64,000 bases of DNA, taken from Callorhinchus milii. Its lineage: Eukaryota. Shown piece by piece: positions 13,869-28,519 of the stretch; position 1 is the first letter of the stretch, and each line of letters begins with the position of its first letter. Where the stretch lies: the NCBI RefSeq assembly GCF_018977255.1, contig NW_024704742.1, positions 42,286,001 through 42,350,000 of the forward strand. Direction: 5' to 3'. The notes under the pieces were generated by a model. It did no database searches, was not told where the DNA came from, and saw nothing but the letters and a program-made list of their open reading frames with translations. The position numbers were made by a program, and so were the translations under genes.

Positions 13869-14747
13869 CCTAGTTAGTTACAAAATCAAATCTCACACAC
13901 TTCATTGATCCTTCTTTGCTAAACACTGGTTCCAATTCCTTGTTGAATTTGTATCAAAGCAAAACTCTAGGTTATCTATTTCTATTCACATTTCCATTCT
14001 TCATACTAACCAGCATAACGTTTCCTAAATAGTATCTCGGATTATGTCTATCCTAACAATACTACCAATAGGGTAAGCTTTAAATCCTTTTTTCTAGGTA
14101 TCGGTTCTGCATATTTGCTGTTTTATGAGAGTAGAGGGTATATTTAATTTCTCTTGTTGCTTCGAGCTTGTTCATTTTCAGATTTGGTCTGTTCATACAG
14201 TAGTACAGATCAATTAGAAATTAAGTGAATGTTATGTAGGCAAGTATGTCAATAAACATGAAGCAGCAACAAACTACATGAACCGGAGTCCACAGGATGA
14301 CTGCTCTTGGGCATCAATGTAACTACAACCGAAGCACACCATGAGCAGATTCCTTTGGTGAGCAGGCCAGCCGTACAAGGTTGATCAATAATAATCAATA
14401 AGTTTGCCAAATGATATCAGAAATTAAACATTCATGTAACCTATTAAAGTACAAATAATAAAAGTCTGCAACTTAGCACTATTAGATTGGTTTAACCCAG
14501 AGTTAATCAAAGCTAGAAGATAGGAGCTTTGAGAGAAGAAAACACGTAAAAGTTTTGGTCATGATCGATTTGAACATTTTACCGACAACAACAAAAATAT
14601 TTTACGTTTGTATAGTCTTTCACATCAGGGGGCTATCTGAGAGCGCTTCACACAACAAACTGGAGCCTAAATTGGAGGTAGGGGGAATTGAGGAGAGATG
14701 GGAAAGGTGGCTGAACACATGGTCAGAGATACAAATATTACTAAAAA

Positions 14748-15040
14748 ATAATAATAATTGCATTTGATGTAGCAACTTATGACATTGTCGAGATGTATCA
14801 AAGCACAAGACTGTGTGTGTTTTGTGGGTGAATGCAGCAGCCAGTTTGTGTACAGCAATATCCCACAAACAACCTTGTAGTAAGCGGTCAATTTTATTTG
14901 TGAGGGGGTTGTTGGCCAGGACACCAGGAGAAACTTCCTTCGCTTTTCGAATAGTGTTCATGGGATTTTTAAAGTCTATGCGAACAGGCAGACAGGACCT
15001 CGGTTTAATGTCTCATCTGAAGGACGATACCTCAAAAATG
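14748..15040 (-). mobile_element. DeuSINE-like fragment (family B)
   Basis: Reverse complement of ttcagatgagacattaaaccgaggtcctgtctgcc...ggtgtcctggccaac...tgtgggatattgctgt. Confidence 0.75.
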
Positions 15041-18000
15041 CAGCACAGTTATGCAGAGTGGGGTAAGAATGGCTGAACCGTTGGTGGGTAGAGAGAGAAG
15101 ATGTATTGCATTAGTTTCCACTGGGTTAAATCTAGTCCCAGAAGTGAACAGAGGGTGCTATCGATCTTTCATCTCAAATACTCAAGAGGTGGAATTTTGT
15201 TAGAAAAGTGATGTGAAAAACTTGTGATCACTGGCTGAAAAATTAAGGGGTAGAACAACTGCTCCTCAGTTGAATGTTGCACAACTGGTATCTTGCCACT
15301 GGCGGAAAAAATGCCTAATTGACATAAACTGCGCTTGCTGCCAATGTCACGCCAATTTGTCACCCAGACTCTGCGGTGACCTCAGGATAGTGCTGATGGC
15401 GTGATGTTCATGCGGTTTCTTGGAGAAATTGTAATTTACATGGCAAGGTGTTGTTGAAGAGACCAGCAATGTGATGTTAATTGCTTTCCTGAGGAGAGCT
15501 TTCTCTACGCAGTTATTGAAGTGAGAATAAAGTTCTTATGAATATATTATGTTAAAATGATAACTAAATCACTCCTCCCTGGCAGTGCTGAAGACGTAAG
15601 AAACGCAGCAGAGAACAACAATAGTTGTACACAGCATTGCATTCGGGCAACAAAGGCGGAATAGTTTCACTGAGGTGGAGGCAATTGTCTATTACAGACT
15701 TAGGAGATCCATATCAGCCCAAAAGAGGAAGGTGGGAACAATAACCCATCTGTACAAACTTGGCAAGAAAGCAAGTTTCAGTTACACCTACATGAATCAG
15801 CACAAGAAGACAAAGGAATTACACTCGAATGCTCCCAATTTGTCTTTACACAAAGAAAGACCTGTAGAAACTGTCTTAGAATTAATCCTTTGTTGTGAAC
15901 TGGATATGCTTTATCCCTTAGATAATACATATTATTAGTATTAATAACATAACTCATACAATCGCAAGACTCATTTTTGTTTATTTGAAGTTCCTGTTTT
16001 TTCTTTGACAGGCAATTTGCTCAAATTGATCTGCTGTTGCTGCTTGAAATGTGTTTATTACCAAATAAAAGTAATCCATTTGTTACATGAGAGGCTAGCT
16101 ACTTAGCAAAACTGTCCTTCATGGTTAAGCCATCGTTTTAATAAATAAGCCATTCTTCTTCCAATCCAAAGTGACTGCCATAAAGAGATGAGTGATGGAA
16201 CGGATAAGGGAGCTTCATTCTGGCCAAAGTACAATTCTCAGATCCAACAAAGACTGAATTCATCTTATGCACGAGATATGTTTCTGGCTGGTCTGATTCA
16301 GTTAATTGCTATCTTCAGACAGTCAAACAATCAGCAGCATTCATCAGTGCTTGATACTAACCAATTTAATAAAGATCTTAACAATTCAAAATCTTTAATT
16401 GCTCCGTTTCTCTTTTAAATAGAAGAAACAAAAGATACATTGAAAATAAGATTGAACATGGTTTAAAAAAAACTCCCAAGATTCCTGAAAATAGGAAAGA
16501 AAAACAGCAAATGCTGAAAGTTCCCAGTAGATCAATATAATGAGGATTCTTGCAATTGGTATGGCATCTTACCATGTCATCGAGACATCTCAAAGCACTG
16601 GCAGTTAATTTGCACACAGGAATACCCCACAAACAGCTATTGAAATGAGTGACCAATATTATTTTGGGGGACTCTTGGCTAAGAAACTAGGAGAAAGGAT
16701 GGAATGAAAAAACACACACTTAAATTTGACCAAATACAGCATATTTAAGCAGATCTCGACCCCTGCATCTTCTGGAATAGGTTTGGTTTATATCATGAGA
16801 TTTTGCACAGTTTTTTTTAAATGAGCATTCTGCTTGAAACAATATATCTTTCTGTTTCCGATGTTGTGAATGCAAATATCTTTCAGGGCCACAAAAACAT
16901 GCCTCGTATTTTATTGACCGTAAACATGTTTACAGATGCCTAAACTATCTTAATTGGCTTTTAATAATAATCAAAAACAGCAGTCAAGATGATAGGGTGA
17001 AAATGCGACATATGATATGATAATTATCACCAGTGAGATATAATGTACTGCCTTATCCAAATGTAGAATATCTTTAAATATGGTGTTCATTTTATCCACC
17101 TAAAATGGGCAGCAGCGACACACCAAGATTCAAACTGAATATTTTAGTCCCAACCAACTGAACGATCTTCTGCCTGTTTCTTTATTCACATACAACTGCT
17201 AAAGGTCAGATTGAGATGATATTTAATTTAGTTCTTAGTGGGCAAGACATGCTGTGAATCTATTTGAATGGCTTCAGTTTCAAACCATTAGCATTGAGGG
17301 GGAGAAATTTGTAAATGTCACAGTGTGACTTGTAATTGAAAGATAATCTGGTATTACTGCTGACATCATCTCTACCAAACCAATTATATTTATTAGTGTA
17401 ACTGGATGTACCAGTGGAGGTAATGTTTCATCTTTTAAGCCATCCGACAGAATGCAAGTCAATTTCTGTAAGCAGTTATTCAACGGTTCAGCTGTATTTA
17501 ACATAGTTAATGATATGTTAAATTGGGGTCTCAATAATATGATAACAAAGAGTTAAAAAAGTCACATTTTATTTTTTATCCATGAACATGTGCTATTATA
17601 GAAGCTTAAAATTGTACCAAATCGATATACACACATTTTCCCAATAGTATTAAGAATAATGGGTTCTGTCAGATCTTGATGTTGTAGTTTGAATGTAGCT
17701 ATGGTTACAACGGGTACCAGGGATGAGGAGATTCAGTTATGCTGAAAAACATGAGGAGACGGGGCTTTATTCATTAGGAAAAAAAATCAAGGTGAGATCT
17801 GAGAATCTTTGGAAGTGGACCATCTGTTCCTTTACACTCCATGAATGCTGACAGTGCTCAGTCGCTGTGTCATATACATTTGTACAGAATTTTTACACTT
17901 CCTCAATTTATAATTAATTATGAGCACATTTGTAGCATCAACTCATGTGTATCAGCAACTGAATAACTGCCAAGCTTGTTTCATTCCGAAGTATTCAAGA

Positions 18001-18529
18001 GCAGCCATTAGAGAGAAAACATCTTCAGTCTACAACATGCTGGATTCTACCCCATGTCATAGAGAAGAAAGGAGGTATTGGTCAGAGAGAATGTAAGAAG
18101 ATGACAAACTAGCAGCAACTTGAAAGGAATATGCTGTTTTATAGCATATTGGTGAGTAAAATGAAAATAAAACTAAACCGTTCATTTAGACTTTTCTTCA
18201 TTTTGAGGACATTAAATGAGATGTGAGCTATCCAGAAAGCCGGAAGCAATGAGAAAGTTGATGCCATGAAACTGGTCCAAAGACATATTGAATATTGAAT
18301 GTACAACAACAATTTGCATTTATTTAGCACCCTCCACACGGGATAGAGTCCCAGAGCACTTCACAGAGGTGGAGTCTGACAGCGGAGTCTGAACATAGCA
18401 TGTTTCTCAGATGGTTCAAAACTGCAACTATCCATTTCAAACTGTTTGATTCTGACCATGTTATCTGATATTAGTATGAGAATGATCACAGACAGGAGCA
18501 CCTGATAACCTGTAACCCAGACAACTTAG

Positions 18530-18750
18530 AAATCAAGAAAGGAGATTTGTGAAGCAATACTAGATATTTTGAGCCAGTCAATGAATACTGGGGAGTTTCT
18601 AACAGACTGGAAGCAAACAAATATCGTTCTCATTTTCAAGAAAGGTGACAGAACTATCCCTAGCATCTATAAATTTTGGCATGACTTCAATAACTAGATT
18701 ATTAATGGAATCAATCATTATATGCAAAATGGAAGAGTACTTGCAATTGT
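18530..18750 (+). mobile_element. CR1 LINE ORF2 fragment
   Basis: DWKQTNIVLIFKKGDR resembles the CR1 DW..ANV..IFKKG motif. Confidence 0.65.
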
Positions 18751-21700
18751 TTAATATACTGTCATTTTGTAGTACTGCACAGTTCAATTAAGTAATAATT
18801 GGATGAGATGCTAAACAGAGCTCCTGTCTGACTGTTCAGGTAGAAGGGAGTTTTTCGCGGTGACCTGGCCCACAATCTCCCCAAATAAAAATTGGGCATT
18901 TATTCCATAGCTGTTTGTGGGACATTTTTGGATGCAAATTGGCTGCTATATTCACCCCCCCAAAAAATTGCATTCATATAGTTCCCTTCATGTAAAGTAG
19001 CATCCCACAATCACCATACTTGACATTATATCCTGTGAGAGGTGCTATATCAAATGTAAAGATTATTATTATAAATACAGAAGCTTGATGTTATGTGCCT
19101 GTTATGTTATTTTTGTATTATCAACACATCCAGTCAGACCCATAATACCATGTTGGTTTGGGATCATTAAACAGTCATTATTCAGCACTTCCAGATTGAT
19201 AGATTGTCACTGATGCCAGTTTCTGCATAGGACTGTCTGCTAATATCACTTCATGTGGTACATTTCCAGTGTCCAGCACTTACTGGCCAGCTTCCTGCCA
19301 TAGTAAGCATGAGCACGATGCTATGGGCCCAGTAAGTGCTGGACACTGGGAGTGTACTGCAATTCTGGTGCACTGCAGGTCCATAGTGTGACTATGCTGT
19401 AAACGTATCCGTGCTGTACAATACAATACAAAATACAATACAAAATCATATTTGTATAGCACCTTTCACATCAGACATGTCATTGAGGGGTCTGACTATT
19501 CGGTTCAAATTTGCAGTATTTTGTAACTGCATTGAGTAATAAGGAAACTAGTTAAAATTCCCATAGATGCTCATGGACTCTCCAGAAGTGTCGGAGCGGG
19601 AATTCCTGCATGTTGGTCTGACATACTTCCAACTACCAAAAGGAATGCCCATTTGCGGGACTCATATTCTTTCGTGAGGAATCCCATTAGAAATATCGCA
19701 TTAGACCCCAAAGGTCAATTTGCTACGCTTAGTGGCAATTGGAACTGTGTATTTTGTATGCATGAGCATCTCATTATGAAAGCGTGGTAATACTGAGCTC
19801 TGAAAAGCTGCATAATAAAGTGATGAATATTGCTATTCGTCATAGCATTTCACTGCAGAATTAGAATTAATATCCAGTTTATGCTGCTCGAAGTGGCTTG
19901 TTATCATTTCTAACAGTGAAGCGATTAGGAGAGGGAAATCTGATTTATACTTCCTGCATCGGCAGGGGGCTGAGGAGAGCACTGCATGTGGATACTAACT
20001 GTAGGGATGGTAAATGTATTGACAACAGGAGATTAATGTTGACTCACTGCCAAAGGTCAGTCACTTCACCAAAAGGAGCATACCTGTGTCCTGAACTATT
20101 ACCACAGCTGGAATGACAAGCATGTAGAAATGCAGAAACGTTTTCATGTCATTGCAGTATGTTTCAGCCATTTCAGGGTTGTATATTAACCATTCTCAAG
20201 TTTTTAGAAGTCTCTAGTTATTCAATAGGGGTTAAGGTTAATACAGTACCTACCAGGTAAGTATCCAAACACCAGAAAGGTTTATAGATACAGCTGCTGA
20301 TGAGTTCCTAACTCCCACTCCTTTATTCCATTGTATTTTCTTTTCCATGTGAGTCATTTTTGGCTGCTGTAAAATGCTGCACAGGATTTCCAAAAAAAAG
20401 AAAATGGATAATTCATTTACCTCGCAGATAGCTTAATATATTGATTAAAATAAAATCTGTGCACCACAGATGTTGAGCAGCCGGTCATTCACAGCCTGTC
20501 AAACATGATGGATGATCCAAGCAATGACCTTCTCCCTTCACTCAATGGTGTGTGTCTGGTTAAAAACATTTTTTGTTGTTATTAACAAATATGATTCAGT
20601 CCACTGTAATTATGTAACGGGAATATTAATGAAGTACTTATTTAAAATCTATTTAAAGATTTCGGTATCACTGCATTTTTAATCCAGTCAATGAGTGAAT
20701 TTTCTTTTCCTTTTCCGGAACTCGAAGCTATTCTGATGTTGCTTTTACTTCAGAAATAAATGGTGAAGCACCTTGCTTCAGCACTTCAGTATTTGAGAGC
20801 TCGCAAATCTTGTTTGTCAAGCACAGAGCTTGTTACATTTATTTGAATACCAGAAATACCTGGTGGAAAGGTTTGGTGCAATATCTTGTGCACAGATGTT
20901 GTCCTGAATAATGCTGCAGCACAGAGCAATGTCACCACGCAATTGTAAATGTACATTAAAAGATGATTACCATACGTACTAAAGTAGATAGAAGATGAAT
21001 AGTGACCCTGAATCTCTGTCACAGGTAATTTGAAATGGTAGGAACATTCTGTGGCTATTAGAAACAATAACTGGTTTCTACTAAAATGCAATGCTTTGAG
21101 TGCCATCATGTGGTTCAGATGTACAATGTACAGTACAAGAATTATTGCCTGTCTTTAGAGAAAATGCCCAACTATGGAACAATTCTGTGGAAAATATCAT
21201 TGTAATATTATCATGGCACAGTAGGACAAATCTCTGGTGCAAAATATTTGTAAAAGATATTTGAATTCTATCTTCCTTGTATAATACATTGGCAAACTGA
21301 GGTTGAGAAACAGTGTTGCACAGCCACAGTATTGTGCCTCCATTCATTTTTACTAACTCTGCAGAGAAGTATATTATTTTTTTTTGTTTTTCCTACCATG
21401 TTACATGTTGACTGCAACTGAGGATCAGCACAATGCACATGTAATAAAAAAAACTCCAAAAAGTAATAATTCTTACATTTGATATAATGCTTTCTAATGC
21501 CTTAAAATGTCTCAAAATGCTTCACAGAATTTCACATGATCACAAGATTGGTTTGGGTGAAGGAGGCCATTTGATATCTTACTTCCAAAATACCCACCCT
21601 AATGTCTTCCCATCACATCAGTCTATTTTTAAATAAGTCAAGTGTCCTGGCCAAAACCACTCTTCCTGGCAACTCGCATTCCAATTATTAATTATCCTCT

Positions 21701-21864
21701 GGGTAAAGAAAAACTTTGTGATGGCTGTCCAGATTTTGCTTCACTTTAATGAGCTCTGTTGAGCAAATTTATTGAATTTATTATTGTTTACTTATATATT
21801 ACGGCATAAATATTTCTGCAGAACATTTTTGTTTGTGCAATTTTTTCCCCTGTGGCAGCATGAA

Positions 21865-22275
21865 TAATAATAATATTAATAATCACCATCATCCTTCCAT
21901 TTGATATAGCACCTTTCACATTGAGAAGACTTTTATTGTAAAGTGTAATTTGGAGGCAGACTCTACAGTCAATTGTGTGCTTGTGTACAGCAATGTGGCA
22001 TAAACAGTGATGAAATGAATAACCAACTTTATCTTGGGGACTATTGGCAAGTCTAATAAATTCATTGGATCTTTAACGTCCACTTAAACAGTCAGTTGGA
22101 ATCTCAATTCAACATCTCATCCAAAGGACAGCACATCTCACAATGTGCAGCAAAACCCGCTGGCACTGCAATTACTGGAGTGTCAACCTAGACCATGAAT
22201 TCAAGGCCCTGATGTGGGCATTTGAACCCACAACCTTCCGACTCAGAGTGATAGCGACTGAGCCAATCTGACACC
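21865..22275 (-). mobile_element. DeuSINE-like element (family B), degenerate
   Basis: tRNA head (revcomp ggctcagtcg...ggttgtgggttcaaat), Deu-like body, (AAT)n tail. Confidence 0.78.
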
Positions 22276-25200
22276 TAATTGGGAGACAGCTAAACAACAA
22301 GAAGCAGAGAGCAGGCTGTCTACCATTGGGCTCTGTATAACAGACTCTCTTATTCTTTACTCATATGTAATTGATCTGGAGGAAAGGAGGAAAGGTGCCA
22401 AAGTTAGGGGTCAGCACGGTAAATCAATGTAGAAGACTGCAGAATTGTCAGATGGATAGACAATGGCAGATAGGTGGAAATAGATACAATGTAAATGTCC
22501 AGAATTTAATGTAATGCGTTTTGTAGGCGAATGTAACAGCCAATTTACACACAACAACTTCGTATGAAGTGAATGAGCAATCTTATTTGGGGGATTGTTG
22601 ACCAGGACACCTGGAAAACTCGGTTTTCAAATATTGCCATGGGACCTTTAATGTCCACCTGAACAGGTTTAACGTATCTTTCCAAAGGAGAAGAGTGACA
22701 ACCTATAATTTTATGCCTATAATGAACAATGCATTTCAAAATAAATGGAGTTGTACAGTACTTTGTAGGAATAGACTTAATTCATGCTTTTTGATGCAGT
22801 GAAAAGTACTTTTTTTCCCCATTTATTATGCTTTCATTTGAAGCTTTATTGAGTTTATCTGCCATTTTATATCATGCAGTAAATCACATTCCAGTCAACA
22901 TTTGAGTGCTTATGGCAATGTGTAAAAGTCAGTTTATCACAGTAATCTCATGCATTTGTTTCTCATAACTATCACCTCCATATGGCGATCCATAAAGATT
23001 TGCTGAGAGGCTGTTCTGAATTTCGCAATAAAATGAACACTAATGCAAACTATCTCCATAACAAGCACATCAGGTGTGGATATTACTGTCCCCGACTGCA
23101 ACTACACATCACCTCCTACTGAATATGGGAACTCAAACAAGAAAAAGCAGGTTCAACAAAGTGGCAGTCCAACCTCGAGAGGAGAGATCAGTGGGGCTGT
23201 CATTGATAAACTATCGCCGTGTTGATCTTACTGATCTTACCTTAAGGCAGCAATAGGTAGTTTAAATGGCCTTAATATCTTGGGCAAAAACGCTGAATAT
23301 TCCCACTCCTGATTACCATTCAGAAAACTTTGTTGCAAAATGTCTGAGTGTGGATGTTGAATGAGAACCAGATTAGGCTCTTTTGTACCCTCCATGGTCA
23401 AAATATGTGTTAATTCTCTAAAAAGTGCTTGATTTAGAAAATCCAACATAAATGACACAATAACTGGGTTAGGTGCCTCAGGATTGAAAGTCCATCTTGT
23501 GCAGGGAACTCCATATAATAAAACAAATCCTTGCATTTGATACAATGCCTTTCATGTCGTGAGGACATCTCTTTACTGTTGAAAAATAAGAGAGAATAAA
23601 ATAGGTCAAAGCTGTAGATGTTGGGTGATTCTAAGCTCCTGCCTAAATGTGTAATGCCCTTTTGAAAGACACTATACAAAAAAAATCATATATTTCACTT
23701 CTTGGAAATGACAGGCACAAACATTTGCAAAGCTGATAGCCTAAAGCAAGCCAGAAATTCTTGCCCCTTGAAATGATGCAACTTTTTGCATCTCTGAAAG
23801 AAAATGTACTTTTTGTTAGACATTTACTCATGTTCTACTACTGAGCAGCAGCTCTGCAGGAGGCACAGTATTATGCAGTAAATAACTTTGGGTCTGTTTT
23901 GAAATATATTTCAAATTATATCAAAATGTTCTTTGTTTTTCTTCAAAGTGTCCAGACTATAGGTTTGGAAACCTATTGGAGCTAGAACACATCAGCTCCA
24001 TTTCAAAGAATGCCAAAGCAGTGCTGAGTTATTAATTTGTAATATAAGCTCCTCTAAGGTTCCAGCAGATTGGATTTTCATTCGACTGGAATTTACTAGA
24101 AAAAGCAATGCTCCACACCGGCATCAGTTTAAATAGGTTTGGAATAATGAAATAGGTAGTAAGTGTTTTGAGAAATAGAGGAGTGAAAAACATGATATGT
24201 AATGTGATGATTATCACCGGGAATAATGTTCACATCACCTATCACATTTCTCACTCCATTAAATGTACTGAAAGATATCGTATTGGTTCCAATGCAACGT
24301 TACATCTGAACTGTTAGCCAGCTCTCTCTTTCAGCCATTGACCCGATGTGCATGTTCAGTATTTTCTGTTTTAATTTCATGAAGCAGTGAACAATGATTG
24401 TGAGCAGGGATCCTGGCTGATTTTCCTCTTCCTAGGCCAGGAAGATGTGAAGCCAACTGAAGTATCATATCAAAGGAATACAGGTTTGTACTTGGCCAGA
24501 AAAAATCACTGCTGTCCAATTGGCCAATCCCCAAATAAATAACTAAATAATCAATCCTGTACCATTCTGTCTCATACCTCGCAATCAATTTATTCACCAG
24601 ATATCTCATTCCCTCTTGAATTCACGTACACAGTACAGTACAAAACAATTTGCAATACAACAACAACAATAACAAAATTACATTTATATAGCACCTTTTA
24701 CATCGGAGGAGGTCCCAAGACGCTGGACAGACAGAGTTTCGGACCCAAGCTGGGATTCAGGGATGGGGAGGGTGGAGGGTAGGGGGGAAAAGCAGGGAGA
24801 TCGAAAGCACCAAACCCCACACATCAACCTCCCCAGTCTTACCAGATTCCACTAGCTTCCTGTTTCCCAATTGATCGATTTCAAGGTCCTCCCCATCGCA
24901 TTTAAATCCCTTCATGCCCTCCCCACCTTTGTGATCTTCTCCTACTCCATCCTCTGATCGCACCCTTCCGTTCAGCTGACATGAGCCCATACTGTCTCCC
25001 CGCCCTCTCTGCACCACCAAAATACACAGTCACGACACTTCAAGTAAAACCTGTGAGGATTTTCCATCCATCAATACTTATTATTATTTTAATGTGAAAG
25101 TAGCACAAAAAAGACCACTAAAGTATATACAACACAATTTACATTTATATAGCGCTTTCCACATCAAGGAGGACATCTCAAGTGCTTCACACTGCTGGCT

Positions 25201-25599
25201 GAGCACCCGAGCTGGGGGTGAGAGATCCCAACATGGGCAGTACATTCCATATACAGCATTTACCATTTTCTGTCTACGGTAATGAAATCAAAATGAGGCT
25301 CACCTTCTCACTTCTGAGCTTAAATCTATATTCCTTTGTTCTAGGTTATTTAAACATGTTAAGGATATTACAGTATTAAGTTTCAATTCATCTATTGACT
25401 TCAGATCTTGAATATTCCAATTACATCTTCTCTGAGTCTTCTGTACTTTAATATAAACATTCCAAGCTTTCTCAGCCTCTTTCTATAATTCATATGCCTA
25501 CATAGGAAGTTATCCTACATGAACGGCATTATATAAATCCAACGTGTTGTTATTTCTTCAAAGAATTTCAATAGATTTGGCATCGCCAATCCTTATTTT

Positions 25600-26027
25600 C
25601 AGCCTGACTCAGTTGGTAGAAATCTCGCCTCTGAATCCAAAGGTTGTGGGTTCAAGCCCCGTGCTGAAACATTGTAATTTTGAACTCACAGCCTAGGCTG
25701 ACACTGCAGTGCAGGACTGGCTACACTGTTTCTTCAGATGAGATGTTAAACCAAGGTCCGCCTGGCTGTTTAAGAGGACACCAAAGATCCCTTGGCACTA
25801 TTCGAAAAGAGAAGGGAGTTTCTCCCAGTGTCCCGGCCAACAATCCCTCAAATAAAGTCGGTCATTCACTTCATTGCTGTTTTTGGGACAATGCTTTGCG
25901 CAAATTGACTACTGAGTTTGTCTAAAAACTACACAGACATTACATTTCACAGTGTATCCTGTGAAATGCTTTGAGTCATCTTCCTGACGTGAATGGTGCT
26001 GTATAAAATGTAAAGATTATTATTATT
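25600..26027 (+). mobile_element. Near full-length DeuSINE (SacSINE1/AmnSINE1-like, family B)
   Basis: tgactcagttgg...ggttcaagccc head; cagatgagatgttaaaccaagg...aaagatcccttggcactattcgaa...gtgtcccggccaa body; (ATT)n tail. Confidence 0.85.
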
Positions 26028-27149
26028 TTAAGGTTGCTTGCACTCATTAAGCACATTCTTAGACTTAACTTTGATAAACACAAAAAGTCACCAAAGTGGT
26101 ATTAAAAAATACTTACCTTTGAAGCATACCCACTTTTCCTCACCAATGTATCAATCAAGCACAATACATTTAGTGAAACCAGTGGTGTATACAATCTCTC
26201 ACTTTACTCCTTGACCAAGTGGAATACATTACATTAAGTGGTAGTGGTGAGACAGTCTCTGCACCTACTCTGCACTCTATCGCTTGTCCGATCACTTATT
26301 GGGCATCCACCCACATCCCATTTATGGTAGAACAGACTATCACAGTCTCCTCTATGCTCCAATGCCACATATTTCCAGTTACTATGATGAAAGGCACAAT
26401 TTACATTGGTGACAGTGTGGAGAAACACAAAAGTGAATTTCAGTAGTTCAGTTGGCAGCAGCTAACACTTCATTATCACCCAGAGGGACAAAAAGCCTAT
26501 TAATAATCTCTCCAAAGCAATAATTGCTGTTTTCAGTTGACTGTGAAGCCTTAATTTGTGCTGGAGAATTGATAATAAGAGGATTCATCTGAGTAATTTA
26601 GCGTTTGTCACAGTGACCAATGGTTATCACTGTGTTCTGCTTGATATGAAAATAATCACCAGTGATAATATCTCATGCAGCATTTTCCCCTCATTTGACT
26701 AAAATAATAAACTTTTAGAAATTCTGCATATAGAAGGAGGACATTTGGCCCACTGTATCATTATCCCTGAATATCCATTATAAGTGGAAGCGTGGCTGCC
26801 TCACTCAGGGAATGCTCTTACTTCAATCCTATTTTACTTCTCATTTCCCATACCTTTTAATATTTTCATTCCTCATGTGTTATAGAAGTTAAATCTTTTT
26901 GCATTCAATATGCAAATTGTTATTCGCAAAGTCAACTGTGTGTGGTTTCATATGCTATTTGCACCCGATTGTATTTCTCCAGGCAGCAGTTTGTATCAGC
27001 TTGGCCACAAAATGCACAGAATATATTGTAAATCCACTTTACAATATATTCTGTGAAGCACTTTGAGACATCTAAACGACTTGATAAGGCACTATATCAA
27101 ATGTATTTATTATTATTGTTATTATTTTAACTTGCTAATGGTGGAAATA

Positions 27150-27720
27150 GGGAGACTGGCAAGGGGTATATTTGAGAAATTGAGCTGGGAGTAAAGAGAT
27201 GCATGAGAGCTTTGATGTTCTTTTGTGTGAAATAGGGAGAGTGGGTAAAGTATCCAAAATGTTGAAAAACAGGTGACCGAGCGAGGGGTGGAGGTGAATC
27301 TTTGGAGGAGGCAAAGTGGAGGAGATGGGTCAAATAGGATCAGAAACAGGAAAGTATGGTTCCACAGAGCTGAATGAGAGAGGAGTCATGATCGAGGAAG
27401 ATGGAGTGGTCAATAGTCTCCAAAGCAGCAGAGATCAAAGGCAGAAGGAGTTCTCGTTGCTGAGTGACCACTTTGTTGGTGACACTGATAAGTGCTGTCT
27501 CAGTGCTATGTGCACGGACTGAAGGGATCGAGCTCGGAGCAGACGGAAAGTGGGAGGAAAGTTGAGTGGGAATAAAGCATTCCAGGACTTCGATAGGAAG
27601 GGCATGTTGGAGATGGCTTGGTAATGGGAGAGTTTGGAGGGATTCAATGTAGGTTTCTGCAAGAAAGGGGCAATGTTTTGGAGGGGGACATTGCCGGATG
27701 TGAGAGAGAGGTTGGCTATC
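27150..27720 (-). mobile_element. L2 LINE reverse-transcriptase fragment, degenerate
   Basis: AHSTETALISVTN...LISAALETIDHSIFL (HSTETAL / LDLSAAFDTIDH motifs); YQAISNMPFLSK. Confidence 0.85.
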
Positions 27721-27984
27721 TTTGAAACAATTTACACAGTATTGTAAAATAATTCTTGCATTTGGTACAGCACCTTTCATTTCAGGAGGATATCCCAAAG
27801 TGCTTCACAGGATTTATATCCTGCCGCAATCGGCTGCCACATTTCACCCATAAAATACAATCAATTCACTTTACAGTATATTCTGTGAAGCACTTTGAGA
27901 CGTCTCAACGACTTCATAAGATGCCATATCAAATGCAAGGATTATTATTATTATATATTATAAAGTAGTAACTGTTGTTCATTG

Positions 27985-28310
27985 ATTGAATGCAACAGCC
28001 AATATTATGTGCACACCAATGTCCCACAAACAGCCATGGAGTGAATGACCAATTTTATTTTGGCGGATTGTTGGCCAGGACATCGGGATAAACCCCCGTC
28101 TTTTCAAATAATGCCATGAGATCCTTAATGTCCACCTGAACAGGCAGAAGAGATCTCATCTCATCCGAAGGATGGCACCTGAAACAAAGCAGCATATCCC
28201 ACCACAGCAATGGAGTGTCAGCTAAGACTACATGGACTGCAAGTCCAGACGCTTGAACCCATAATCTTCTGATTGAAAGGCGAGGGTGATATCAACTGAG
28301 CCAGTCTGAC
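27985..28310 (-). mobile_element. DeuSINE-like element (family B)
   Basis: Reverse complement matches the 25600-26027 copy in head and body. Confidence 0.8.
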
Positions 28311-28519
28311 ATGCAAAATTGTAGTTGTTGAGAGCTTTAAACGCATTTATGAATACTGCCTTGCATTCAAATATGATAAAAAACCAATTAGAAAACCGAG
28401 TCTTCGATTACCTTTTGCATTTGCCTACAATATACAGTCAATTCACTTTACAGTATATTCTGTGAAGCTCTTTGAGACGTCTTGAAGACGTGCCAAGGCG
28501 CTATATCAAATGGAATTAT

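Noticed and set aside
13000..28400. Additional protein-coding gene between SLIT2 and PACRGL
   Set aside because: Short ORFs are repeat-derived or lack recognisable domains and a consistent splice chain
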